A stretch of 63,037 nucleotides of DNA, filler included, from Chiloscyllium plagiosum (taxonomy: Eukaryota): the NCBI RefSeq assembly GCF_004010195.1. It is 4 parts of one record of this genome, joined end to end, with 100 filler letters (N's around TTAATTAATTAA, not from the genome) between each part and the next. Parts side by side here need not be neighbours in the genome. Positions count along the whole stretch, not along the records: positions 23,255 to 40,604 come from NC_057710.1; 3 more parts are not named here. The stretch is one strand, 5' to 3'. Below, piece by piece: positions 24,286 through 37,284 of this stretch. A program made the position numbers and the translations under genes. Position 1 is the first letter of the stretch, and each line of letters opens with the position of its first letter. The notes below the pieces were generated by a model. The model worked only from the letters and a program-made list of their open reading frames with translations. It searched no databases and was not told the DNA's origin.

Positions 24286-26700
24286 ATTCCATCACACTCC
24301 TGACTTGTGTCTTGTAAATGGAGGACAAGCCATGAGGAGTCAAGAGGTGGATTACTCACGGCAGGACTCCAAGCCTCTGACCTGCACTTGTACTCACAGT
24401 ATTTACTTGGCTGGTTCAGTTTAATTTCTGGTCAATGGTAACCCCTAGGACTTTGACAAGGCAGGATTCAGTGATGGTAAAACATTGAATATCAAGGCGC
24501 AATAATTAGATTCTCTCTTGATGGACATGGTCATTTTTTGGCACTTGTTTGGTGCAATATTTACTTGCTATTTGTCAGCCCAAACCTGGATACTGTCCAA
24601 GTTTTGCTCCATTAGGATGTGGACTGCTTTATTATCTGAGGAGTTGCGAGTGGTGCTGAACATTGTGCAATCATCAGCAAACACTACCGCTTGTGACCTT
24701 ATGTCAGAGTGAAGGCTGTTGATTAAGCAACTGAAAATGGTTGGACTCAAGACACCATCCTGAGGAACTCCTGCAGAGATGCCCTGGAGCTGAGATGTCT
24801 GACTTCCAAGTCAAAAGAGTTTTCCCCGATTCACCTTGACTCCAGTTTTGCAAGGGCTTCTGAATACCACGCTCTGTCTAATGTGGCCTTGGTGTCAAGG
24901 TCAGACACTCTCACCTCAACTCTGGAATTCAGCTCTTTTGTCTACGTTTGAACCGAGGCTGTAATGAGATCAGGTGGTGAGAGGGCCTGGCAGACACTAA
25001 ACTGAGCATCAGTGAGCAGGCTATTATTTATCAATTGCTGTTTGATAGTGCTACTGTTGGCACCTTCCATCTCTTTACTCAGGATTCAGAGTAGACTAAT
25101 GGGGTGGTAATTGGCCAGACTGGACTTGTTCTGCTTTTTGGCTCGGGATACACCTGTGCAACTTTCCACATTCTTAGGCAGATGCTAGGGTTGTAGCTGT
25201 ACTGTAACATAGTAGCTATGGGAACAGCAAGTCCTTGAGCACAAGTTATCTGTAATATAATTTTAATTTTGTCAGGGCCATTGCCTCTGCCATATCCAGT
25301 GCTTCAGATTGTTTCTTGATGTCACATGGAGTAAAACAAACTGGCTGAAAACTGACTGGCATATGTTATGCAGGGGATCACTGGAGAAAGTCAAAATGGA
25401 TCATCTACTCCACAGTTCTGGCTGAACGTTCTTGCAAATGCTTTACCTTGATCTTTCGTTCTGATGTGCTGGGATCTCCCATCATGGATGATGGAATTAC
25501 TTGTGGATCTTCTTCTGCCAGTGAGTTGCTTAATTATTCACCATTCATGACTGGATGTAACAAGATTGCAGAACTTACGTTTGATGTTTTGATTGTGGAA
25601 TTGTTTAGCTCTATTACTTGTTCCTTATGCTATTTGACACACAAATAGTACTGTTTTCTGGCCTCAACTGGTTGATACCTCATTTTCAGGCAAGCCTGGT
25701 ATTGCTTCTGACATGTCCTCCTGCACTATTCTAAAGGAAGGTCGCTGGACACGAGATGTTAGCTTCCTTTCTCTCCATAGATGCTGCTAGATTTGAATTT
25801 TCCCAGCAATTTCTGTTTTTGTCCTCCTGCACTGTTTATTGTACAAGGGTTGATCACTTGGTGTAACGGTAGAGTGGCAAATAAGCTGGGCCAAGTGGTT
25901 GCAATTGGCAGTACAATTCTGCTCCTTATCAAGGCACTTAGCACCTCCTAGATGCCCAATTTTGAGTTGCTACATCTGTTCAAAGGCTATCCTACATAAC
26001 ATGGTGATACTATACATGACACAATTGGGCGGGGGGGGTCGTATTCTCATTATGAAAATGGAATTTTGTCAACACAACGACTGTGCAGCGGTCAGTCCTA
26101 AAGATACTGTTAAGTCCAGATGTATCTGCAACAGGCAAATTGGTGAGATCGAGCTCAATTATATTCTTCCCTAATCATTTGCTGTGGACCAGGTTTCATA
26201 GTCATGTCATTTAGGCCTCGACCAGCTGGGTCAGCAGTGGTGCTGCCCACTTAGTGATGGTCATTGAAGTCTCTGCCCAGATTAGATTCCATGCCTTTAC
26301 CACCTTTAGTGCTTGCTCTAAATGGTGTTTAACATGAAGGAGTACTAATTCACCAGATGACACAAGTGGCAGTAGGTGGCAGTCAGCAGGAAGTTTCCTT
26401 GCCCGTGTTTGATCTGATGCCATTATACTTCATGGGGAAATCAATGTTGAGGACTCTCAGAGCAATTCCCGTCTTATTGTATACCACTATGTTGCCAGTC
26501 TGCCACCTCTGTTGAATTATCCTGCCAATGGTGGTGGTTTTGGTGTGTCTGAGGTATAATTCAGTGAATATCACTTTGTCAGGCTGATGCTTGACTAATC
26601 TGAGACAGTTCACCCAGTTTTAACATTCACCACCAGATGCAGTGTTGACAATGTCTGCGACTGCCATGCCAGGTAGTCTGTCTGGTTTCATTCCTCTTTT
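24286..26700 (-). mobile_element. Old degenerate CR1/L2-group LINE (same family as 3655-4205, 7890-9900, 54490-55480)
   Basis: ORF remnant SQAVVFADDCTMFSTTRNSSD (FADD); DNA similarity to the other copies. Confidence 0.7.
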
Positions 26701-29384
26701 GAGACTTTTTAATCTGGTTAAATATAACAGAATGGCTTGTTCTGTCATTTCAAGAGGTCACATGTAAAGATGACAGAGCTTCTTCCCTATATGACATTAG
26801 TGAACGAGACTTCAGATTTTCACTGAATCCAAATTTTGCACTGGGATTCGAACCCCAGTTCCCAGAATGTTATCTGGGACTCTGGTTTATTTGTCAGTGA
26901 TATTATCACTACTCCATTGCCTCCCCTCTAGCAACCTGTTCAGATGTGTCATAATACTCCTCAGCGAGATGTGCCACATAAATTCAGATCTTCTGGCCCA
27001 GAAGTAGGAACATTAATACTGTCCCACACCCCTTACTCCATACCTATGCTAACACTCTTATTTAAAATGCTGCTTGTGCATAGCCCGTAATATATAACAA
27101 AAAAAAGATTGAAAATATAGAATTGCTGCTTGGATTTTTATATACAGTTCAAAGAGCGTTTAAAAAAATTCAATCCTTCATTTTACTGCAGGTTTACTGC
27201 CATCAAGAATGGATGAAAAACCTCAGAACAGTTTTGAAACCTCAACTCAAACTCACTCAAAAGTAATGACACTTTTGCAAAATGTCCAGTTATGATGACA
27301 ATTCAGGAACAGAGTAGTCAAAAGTAGACTGAATAAACAAAGAAGTTACAGGAGATCAGAGCATAAACGACCATTCACGTATTCCAGTCATTAAGGTTCA
27401 TGTACAGGGCCCATACAAACGTTTGTTCAACTCATTTTTTTCTTTGATATTAAACCTCTGTGCTCCATGTTAATGAACGTATCAATCTGGTGTTGATGCT
27501 TCAACCACGACATGCATTTGAAAACACCTTTAATAGAGTCTTAGGTGCTTCACAGCAGTATAACTGAGTCAAAATTTGACTCTGACCCACATACAAAACA
27601 GGAACCAATGTAGACCATTCATTGCCTTGAGAAGGATTCCATTCCTGGCATATGCATATTCCAAAGGTGAAAACACAGAAGCAGTTAATAGGATGGATAA
27701 TCAGGAGCCTTGTCAAAGGCACTGGTTTTAAGAAGAGTTTAGAGACACAGAAGTTTAGTAAGGGAATTCCAATACTTAAGGTCTATGAAGCTGTTGGCAC
27801 AATCACCAATGGGAAAATAGTTTATTTTAGCACCCTTAATGGAATAAAATGTCTGAAGGCATTATGGAATATTATCAAACATCACTTGCCAGAGTCGCAT
27901 TCGGAGAAACTAGGCCAGGTGATCCAAAAGCTATTCACCGAAATTGCTGTCAAGGTGTACCAACCGCTTATATTCATTCACTGTATAGAGTGGGTGCATT
28001 TTTTCTTGAACTGAGCACTCATCCCATATGTTTTGGGGCAGTCTCTACTCAACCAGGCTTCACATTAGCGATTGGCCAGATATAGCCAAAGGTAGTATAC
28101 ATTTAACTACATGACCTTTATTCTGGAACTTCAGAACATCAAAATTACTTAAGTTACCTCCTTGTTTCATTCATTATTTTTAAGTCTAAGCACCTTTGAC
28201 TTGGCAAGATCACATTTAACTCTCGTCCCTTATTACAGATGACTACATCACTAAATGCTTGACTTGCTAAACCACTTCAGCAGCCTTAAGAGTATGCTGC
28301 AGGAGGTGGGGGGTGTCCAGCACGTCAAAATCTGGAATTCATAACACAAACATGATTTCATTGAACTCACACTATTGCTGCCAAGATGTGCAGGTTAGGT
28401 AAACTGGCTATGCTAAATTGTCTGTAGTGTCCAGGATTGTGCAAGTGAGGTGGATTAGCCATGCTAACTGTGGAGTTATGGGGATAGAGGGCCATGTCTG
28501 GGTGGGAAGCTTTTTGGAGAGTTGGTGTGGACTCGATGGGCTGAATGGCCTCTTTCCACACCATAGGAATTCTATGATTCTATGGTTTGAAGGGTTAAAT
28601 GGCTTACCTCTACACTTAATTCTTATGTTCCAATGTAATGAAAGGTTCAATAAAAATATTCTGGCAGTAACTCACAAATTACCACATTTATCACCTGGGG
28701 ATATTCAACCTCATAACTTGCCATATTGAAATTCGAACTCACAACCATTGGCTAGCATGATGACTAAACTCCTAAACTCTGATTTATAATCATATTTCTC
28801 ATCTCCTTTAGTAGTTTTTCTTCGTCATTACATAGGTTAGAAGATTTACATTAAGCACAAGCCCTTGAATGTTTTGCAAGGAATTGCTTTTTAGTCTCTT
28901 CATTAATTATTGTTTTAACACTTGTGACCACAACTGTTGCTGCTCTTTGCACCCTTTCCAATTATTCACAAAGACAAAGTTAAATAATTATAGAAATATC
29001 ACATTCCAATGAGGACTACACATTGTAAATTGATCTGAAAAATCTCTCTAAAGTATGTTCATGGTGACAGTCATAGCTGACAGATAGCACTGTCACACTG
29101 GTGTCATAAACTTGCAATGTTTGCAACTTTAGTATCGTAGTTAATCTCAAAAGCTTCCAAAGACACATTCAGGTGATTTTCACCTTGGTAACATTGCAGT
29201 ATTTGTCCAGTCTCAGGTAAGCTGATGCTGAAACCATCCAGCTCTGCAAATCCATCTCTTTTCCTCTCAACTTCACTTTCTACCTTTAAGACACTCCTTA
29301 AAACCTATCCTTTTCATTAAACTTCTGGTCATTTTACCCAATATCTTAAATGTGGGTTTGTTGTAGAGGTGTCTTTGTTGGACT

Positions 29385-32200
29385 GGGATGGACAAAATCA
29401 GAACTCACACGATACCAGGTTATAATCCAACAGGTTTATCTGAAATCAGAAGCTTTCATGGAGCACCTTTTGTCAGGTGAACTGAGAGAGAAGAGCACAG
29501 ACACAGAATTTATAGGCAGACAGATCAAAAGAGTGGAATGTCAAATAATAAGTCGTTGCAGGTGACTAAGAGTGTTAGACAGTGTGAGGAAAGCATTAAC
29601 AGCTGAATAACAAGCTACGAACTATAATCTGGTTAAATGAGGCAAAAAACTTAAATTGCAAAAAACTTAAAAACACGATGGTGCTGGAAACAAACTAAAT
29701 GACTGAAGTAACATGATAGGTATAAGAGTCACATGCTAAGGTTCTAACCAAAGTAATAAGTAATCCAAAACTGTACAAACTAATTAAGGTAGTACCCAAA
29801 GGTTGGAGGCTGAATGACTTTGACCGCTGAGGTGTTCCCCGACTGGGAGGGAACTATCCCTGTCTGGTGATTGTTGCCCGGTGTCTATTCATCCGTTGTT
29901 GTAGCGTCTGCATGGTCTCGACAATACATCATGCCTCGGGGCATCCTTGCTTGCAGCAAATGAGATAGGCAACCTTAGCCAAGTCACATGAGTTTCTGCT
30001 GTCTGCATGGTGAATGGCGTTCCTACATGTGATGGTAGTATCTATGTCGATGATCTGACGTGTCTTGCAGAGGTTGCCATGGCAGAGTTGTATGGTGTTG
30101 TCCTGAAGGCTGGGTAGTTTGCTGTGAATGATGGTCGGTTTAAGGTTTGACGGATGTTTGAAGGCGAGAAGTGAGGCAAAGGGATGATCTTGGCAAGATG
30201 CTCATTGTCATCGATGACACGTTGAAGGCTGCGAAGAACATGGTATAGTCTCTCCACTCCAGAGAAGTACTGGAAGACAAAGGGTACTCATCAGTCATAC
30301 CCTGTGTCGATCTTCTGAGGAGGTCATTGTGGTTTTTCACTGTGGCATGTCAGAACTGGCAATCGATGAGTTAAGCATCATATCCCATTCTTATGAGGGC
30401 GTCCTTCAAAATCTTTAGGTATCCATCATGTTTCTCCTCATCTGAGCAGATCCTGTGGATGCACAGGGCTTGTCCGTAGGGGTAGCTTCTTTAATATGTT
30501 TAAGGTGGAAGCTGGAGAAGTGCAGCATCGTCAGGTTATCCATGGGACAGCAGAGAGTGAGGTACTGAAGTGTCCATCCCTGAATCACTTAAACAACTGC
30601 ATATTGACATCTACAAGTTTCATCCCACCATCAGACTTACCATGAACTATTCTTCAGAATCAGTCTCATTCTTGGACTCACGAATTTCCATCAAGGTCAC
30701 ATACCTCAGTACCTCACTCAACTGCAAGCCCACGGATAAAAGTCATCCCCTACAGACAGACAAGCAGGAGGCTGGAAGAACACAGCAAATCAGGCAGCAT
30801 CTAGGAGGTGGAGAAGTCGATATTTGAGGTGTAACCCTTCTCCAGTCCTGAAGAAGGGTTACACCCAAAACGTCAACTTCTCCACCTCTTGATGCTACGT
30901 GGCTTGCTGTATTCCCCCAGCCTCCTGCTTGTCTATCTTGGATTCCAGCATCTGTAGTTTTTTTGTCTCCATCCCCTACGGATAAGCCCTGCACATACAC
31001 AGGATCTGCTCAGATGAGGAGGAATGCAACAGACACCTGAAGATATTGAAGCATGCCTTCCATAAGAACGGGGTATGATTGCCAGTTCCGATGTGCCACA
31101 GTGAAAAACTTCAATAATCTCCTCAGAAGATGAACATGGGATATGACTGATAGAGTACCCTTCGTCATGCAGTACTTTCCTGGACTGGAGAGATTACGCC
31201 ATATTCTTCGCAGCTTTCAACAAGTCAATGATGATCATAAGCATCTCTCCAAATCATCCCTTTGCCTCCACTTCTCGCCTTCAAACAACTGCCAAACCTT
31301 AAACAGACCAGTGTTCACAGCTTTCAGGATAACATGGACCAAAACACCACACAACCCTGCTATGGCGACCTCTGCAAGACATGTCAGATCTTCGACATGG
31401 ATACTACCATCACATGCGAACACCACACACCACGTACATGGTAGACACTCATGTGACTCAGCCAATGTTATCTGTCTCATACGCCGCAGGCATGGTATAT
31501 TGATGAGATGATGCAGACGCTACAACAAGGATGAATGGACACCGCACAACAATCGTAAGGTAAGAATGCTCCCTCCCATTCGGGGAACACTTTAGCAGTC
31601 AAGGACATTCAGCCTTTGATCTTCAGGTAAGCATCCTCCAAAGCAGACAGAATCGCCAAGCAGAAACTGATAGCCAAGCTCCCTACCCATGAAAATGGCA
31701 TCAACTGCGATCTTGGGTTCGTGTCAAGTTACATATGACCCCACTCACTGTTCTACATCTGTAAAATCATCTTTACTGTCTTGTTTTGGCACCATTACCT
31801 TGAGAAATTATTATGATCTCTCTACCTTAATTAGCTTGTACAGTTTTAGATTACTTATTACTTTGGTTAGACCCATGGCCATCATGGGTCTTATACCTAT
31901 TATGTTATTCCAGTCATTTAGTTCAAGCACCACCTTATTTTTAATTTTTTGTTATTATATCTCTGCCTCATTTAATCAATTGAATTGAAACCTGCAACCC
32001 ATTCTAAAAGATGAAAGAATTAACAGCAATCTAGGTTTGTTCAATATATCATATCAGTTGCATGACACTATGATCTTGTTCTATAAATTGTATCTTATGA
32101 TCCTGCCCCACTAGCTACCTGACAAAGGAGCAATGCACCAAAAGCTAGCACTTCAAAATAAACCTGTTGGACTATAACCTAGCGTCGCGTGATTTTTAAC
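29385..32200. mobile_element. Large fold-back Penelope-like element: minus copy ~29385-30560, plus copy ~30570-32200, nested palindromic insert 30757-30969
   Basis: ORF remnants KFHPTIRLTMNYSSESVSFLD and DRVPFVMQYFPGLERLRHILRS on both strands; degenerate hammerheads at ~29450-29476(-), 30848-30874(+), 32119-32147(+). Confidence 0.75.
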
Positions 32201-32469
32201 TTCATTTAATTGGATTATAGGTCATCCCTTTGCTTGTTTGATTGCACAATACAGAACTGGGACAGTGTGAGCACATTTAAATATCTGGCAGAGAAGAGTT
32301 CACTTATAGAAACACAGGAACAACAGTAGGTCTTTCAGCCCCTCAAGCCTGTTTTGCCATGTAATGAGACCGTAGCGGATCTGTGCTCAAGTCCATTTAT
32401 CTGCCTTTGGCCCATATCCCTTCGTACCCGAGATAAATTTTTATTAAGCAATCCCAGATTTAAAACTAA

Positions 32470-33290
32470 CAATTGACATAATTTAGATGAATGTGAGGTG
32501 CTGCATTTTGAGAAAGCAAATCTTAACAAGACTTATATATTTAATGGTAAGGTCCTGGGGGGTGTTGCTGAACAAAGAGACGTTGGAGTCCGGGTTCATA
32601 GATCCTTGAAAGTGGAGTCACAGGTAGATAAGATGGTGAAGAAGGCATTTGGTATGCTTTCCTTTATTGGTCAGAGTATTGAGTACAGGAGTTGGGAGGT
32701 CATGTTGCGGCTGGACAGGACATTGGTTAGGTCACTTTTGGAATAGTGCGTGCAATTCTGGTCTCCTTCCTATCGTAAGGATGTTGTGAAACTTGAAAGG
32801 ATTCAGAAAAGATTTACAAGGATGTTGCCAGGGTTGGAGGATCTGAGCTATAGGGAGAGGCTGAGTAGGCTAGGGCTGCTTTCCCTAAAGCATCGGAGGC
32901 TGAGGGGTGACCTTATAAAGGTCTTTAAAATCATGAGGAGCATGGATAGGATAAATAGACAAAGTCTCTTCCCTGGGGTGGGGGAGTCCGGAAGTAGACG
33001 GCATAGGCTTAAGGTGAGAGTGGAAAGTTATAAAAGAGACCTAAGGGGCAACTTTATCATGCAAAGCGTGGTACATGTATGGAATGAGCTGCCAGAGGAA
33101 GTGGTGGAGGCTAGTACGATCGCAACATTTAAAAGGCATTTGGGTGGGTATATGAATAGGAAGAGTTTGGAGGGATATGTACCGGATGCTGGCTGATGGG
33201 ACTAGATTGGGTTGGGATATCTGGTCGGCATGGACGAGTTGGACCGAAGGGTCTATTTCCATGCTGTATATCTCTATGACTCTATGAATC
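32470..33290 (+). mobile_element. CR1 LINE 3' fragment with (CTATGA)-type tail
   Basis: ORFs LHFEKANLNK... and QFWSPSYRKDVVKLERIQKRFTRMLPG. Confidence 0.9.
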
Positions 33291-33434
33291 TTATAACAGA
33301 AATAGACTGGTTAGCCCTTTGAATTTGCCCCATCATTCAATGGGATCATGGCTGATTTGACATTCCTCACATCCACTTTCCTGCCCTTTCCCCATAACAA
33401 AGAATAAGATAAGACTGATAAATTAAACTGTACC

Positions 33435-35110
33435 TATTTCAAAGCAAGAGGCCTAACAGGTAAGGCAGATGAACTCAGGGCATGGTTGGGAACATGGGAC
33501 TGGGATATCATAGCTATTACTGAAACGTGGCTCAGGGAAGGATTAGGAGTGTAGAGGTTCCAGGTTGTAGATTCTAGAGGAAGGATAGAAAGGGGGTCAA
33601 GAGAGGAGGGGGAAGTGACGTTTTTGGATAGGAATAACATTACGACTGTACTCGGGGACATTATTCCTGGGAGTACATCCAGTGAAGTTATTTAGGTGGA
33701 ACTGAGCAATAAGAAAAGGATGATCATCATTTGGGATTATACCATAGCACTGCCTCACCCCCTCCCACCAAAAAATTGCCAGCAGGAAATTGAGAAGCAA
33801 ATTTGTAAGGATAGGGTTGTAATGGTTGGAGATTTTAACTTTCCAAACATAGACGGAGACTGCCGTAGTGTAAGGGGCTTGGATAGAGAAGAATTTGTTA
33901 AGGGTGTGTGCAAAAAATGTTTTTTATTCGGTACATGGAAGAACTTACTACAGAAGGAGCAAAACCTGACTTCTTGGGAAATAAGCCCTGAAGAAGGGCT
34001 TATGCCCGAAACGTCGATTCTCCTGTTCCTTGGATGCTGCCTGACCTGCTGCGCTTTTCCAGCAACACATTTTCAGCTCTGATCTCCAGCATCTGCAGTC
34101 CTCACTTTCTCCTCATGGGAAATAAGGCAAGGCAAGTGACTGAGGTGTCAGTGGAGCACTTCAGGGCCAGTGATAATAATTCTATTAATTTTGAAATAGT
34201 TATGGAAAAGGATAGACCTGCTCTAAAAGTTGAAGTTCGAAATTGAAACTTTGTGGGAAGCTAGGGAAGTGATTGCTGGCCCCTTGCTGAGATACTTGTA
34301 TCATTGATAGCCACAGACAAGATGCCAGAAGACAGAAGGTTGGCTGGAGATGCTGCCAGACCTGCAGTGCTTTTTCAGCAGCTTCTGTTTTTGTGAAAAG
34401 GATTTTGCGGGGTTGGAGGGTTTGAACTATCGGGAAGAGGCTGAATAAGGTGCGACTATTTTTCCTGTAGCTTCGGAGGCTGAGGGTGACCTTATATAGA
34501 GGTCATGCACAACTTGGATAGGGTAAATAGCTAGGTTATTTTTTTCCCCCCAGAGTTGGAGAGTCAAAAACTAGAGGGCATAGGTTTAGGTGAGAAAGGA
34601 AAGGTATAAAAGGAACCTGAGAGACAACTTTTTCATGCAGAGGGTGGTGTGTGTATGGATTGAGCTGCCAGAGGAAGTGGTAGAGGTGGGTACAATTACA
34701 ACATTTAAAAGGCATCTGGATGGGTATATGAATAGGCAGAGGTCGAAAAGTGTAGCACTGAAAGAGCACAGCAGGTCGGGCAGCATCCGAAGAGCAGTAG
34801 AGTTGACATTTTGGGCATAAGCCCTTCATCGGGAATGTCACATTCCCAATGAAGAGCTTATGCCCGAAACGGTGATTCTCCTGCTCCTCGGCTGCAGCCC
34901 GACCCGCTGTGCTTTTCCAGCGCCACACCTTTTGACTCTGACTCTCCGGCATCTACAGTCATCGCATTCTCCTTCTTTATGAACAGGAAGGGCTTAGAGG
35001 GATATGGGCCAAACGCTGGCAAATGGGACTAGTTTAATTTAGGATATCTGGTCGGATGGACGGGTTGGACCGAAGAGTCTGTTCCAGTCCTGTACAACTT
35101 TATGACTCTA
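33435..35110 (+). mobile_element. Fragmented CR1 (endonuclease to 3' end) with PLE-terminus inserts at ~33986-34115 and ~34740-34975
   Basis: DIIAITETWL- and VGDFNFPNID-type endonuclease remnants; insert flanked by TGGGAAATAAG at 33975-33985 and 34116-34126; hammerhead core 33988-34015. Confidence 0.75.
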
Positions 35111-35324
35111 ACTTTGTCCCAGACTGACCAAGAATCTATCTCAGCCTCAAAGTCTACCCAAGAATTTGCCCGCCCACAGCTCTGTGGCAAGGAGTTCCAA
35201 AGTGTCACAACCCTCTGAGAGAAGAGATTCTTCCTCTTCTCAGTTTCAACCTGGCATCCCCTAGATCAATCTGTCACTACCCCTTTGCTGATGGAAAAGC
35301 AGGTCTTTCATTGGGGGGGGGAGG

Positions 35325-35900
35325 GTGATATAAACGCCCCGCCCCTTTAATGATTGACGGGCGACGCGTCCAATGGGGCGCGGTGTAGGGCAAGGGAGCG
35401 GGATGGACGGGTGATTTCCACCTAATCGAATGCAGGGGGCGTGACCAGAGACGCGCGAGGAAACACCTGCTCGCCCTCGCGCCCGACGACCCGGCTGACG
35501 GTTGGAGACGACGACCCCCCCCAACCCCACCCCCGCCTCGGGGACAGCGCGAGAGTCGCGTTCAAACAACCCGCCGCAATCAAACTCGGGCGACTCTACC
35601 TGGTCAAAACGTGGTTTCCCCAGAGCAAACGGAGGGTAGTCCGCTTTTCCACTTGCTGCCATCTCCAACAGGTTTGAGATCGCTCGTCCCGACTGTCGCA
35701 CATCCCTCCGTAGCCTTGGAATAAGGGGAGGCGGGGGGTTGGCAGGGCGTTGGCAGGGCGAGGTCAAAGGGCGATAAGGGGCGGAGACCGATCCCACGGA
35801 CCGGACGCTGTTGTAGTTCATCGCTGCGGCGAGTTGAACTACATTTCCCGTCGTGCCCGGCTGCGCATGCGCTGTACCCTCGTCTGCCTCCTCTGCCAGG
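35325..35900 (-). promoter_or_regulatory. CpG island / SFXN5 promoter and first-intron GC-rich region
   Basis: Clearly CpG-dense unique DNA around exon 1; GC boxes; ZNF143/SBS-like AACTACATTTCCCGTCGTGCCC 35837-35858; NRF1 TGCGCATGCGC 35862-35872. Confidence 0.85.
35600..35662 (-). CDS. SFXN5: Sideroflexin-5 exon 1 coding part (MAASGKADYPPFALGKPRFDQ)
   Basis: GAGATGG Kozak context, 63 nt, CAG|gtagag donor; PPFxLGKPRFxQ matches the recalled SFXN5 N-terminus; lies in a CpG island. Confidence 0.92.
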
Positions 35901-35915
35901 CAGAGAAAACTAATG

Positions 35916-37037
35916 AGGAGAAAGTGAGGACTGCGGATGCTGGAGAGTCAAGAGAGTGGTGCTGGAAAAGCACAGCAGCATCCGAGGAACAGGAGAATCG
36001 ACGTTTCGGCCATAAGCCCTTCATCAGGAATGAGGCTTATGGGCTGCGAGGCGTTCAGAGATAAATGGGAGGGTTTAAGGGGGTGGGGGAAGGTATCTGA
36101 GAATGCAGTAGGTAGATGAAAGTGAGGGAGATAGGTCAGAGAGGAGGATGGAGCAGATAGATGGGAAAGACCAAGAGGGCGGTGCCGAGTTGGAGGCTTG
36201 GGGAAATGAGGAAACTGGTGAAATCCACATTGATCCCATGTGGTTGCAGGGTCCCAAGGCAGAATATGGGGCGTTCTTCCTCCAGGTGTCAGGTGGTAAC
36301 GATCCTCAAGTTGGTGACCTGTCTCCCTGATATGGAGGAGGCTGCATCGGATACGGTAGATGACATTGGTGGAGGTACAGATAAATTTCTGTCGGATGTG
36401 GAAGGATCCTTTGTACGGAGGTGAGGGGGAGATGTGGGCGCAGGTTTTGCATTTCCTAGGGAGGCAGGGGTAGGTGCTCCCTGGGACTGAGATGTGGGCT
36501 GGTGGGGGTGCAAGCATCTGACGAGGGAGTCATGGAGGAAACGGTCTCTCCGGAACACTGATAGTAGTGGGTAGGGAAGCATATCGCTGGTGGTGGGGCC
36601 CGTCTATAGGTGGCAGAAGTGGTGGAGGATGATGTCGTGTATAGAGAGTTTGGTGGGGTGGGAGGTCTTCTTCAAAGATCACAATTTTCCCTCCCACGTC
36701 ATCAAAAATGCCCTCCAATGCATCTCCTCCACTTCCCGCACCTCCGCCCTCGAACCCCACCATTCCCAATGCAACAAGGACAGAAACCCCTTGGTCCTCA
36801 TCTTCCACACTATCAACCTTCGTATACACTGTATCATCCTCCAACCCAACCCCATTCCCCCCTCCCATTTACTCTTAGCACCGCCCCCCCCCCACCTCCA
36901 CAAGCCAATTCCCAATTAAGGGCTTATGCTCAAAACATCAATTCTCCTGCTCCTCGGATGTTGCCTGACCTGCTGTGCTTTTCCAGCACCACACTCTTGA
37001 CTCTGATCTACAGCAATTGCAGTCCTCGCTTTCTCCT
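35916..37037. mobile_element. Fold-back Penelope-like element between the RAB11FIP5 polyA site and the SFXN5 promoter
   Basis: Terminal inverted GGAGAAAGTGAGGACTGC ... GCAGTCCTCGCTTTCTCC; GIY-YIG remnant CKTCAHI...FICTSTNVIYRIRCS on the minus strand; hammerhead motif at 36000-36027(-). Confidence 0.8.
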
Positions 37038-37284
37038 AATGGATAATGAGGCAGCCTTACTTGTGACTCTCACATCCTGCAAATTTTTCTTTCATAAAAA
37101 ATAAAAATACAATAATGCCACGTGCTGTGGATTTGCATCAACTGGATTTAAGATTCACTAAACTATTTTGCATAACCACTTGAAAGTAAAAGATAACATT
37201 TTCATCCAAAAATCTACATACCTGGCAAATATCACTGTCACCCAAGCTCAAAAGAAATTATTAAAAATTCTGACACACAACTTG

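Noticed and set aside
35261..35821. 186-aa minus-strand ORF as a standalone protein
   Set aside because: Only 35600-35662 is SFXN5 coding; the rest is GC-rich UTR and intron read-through
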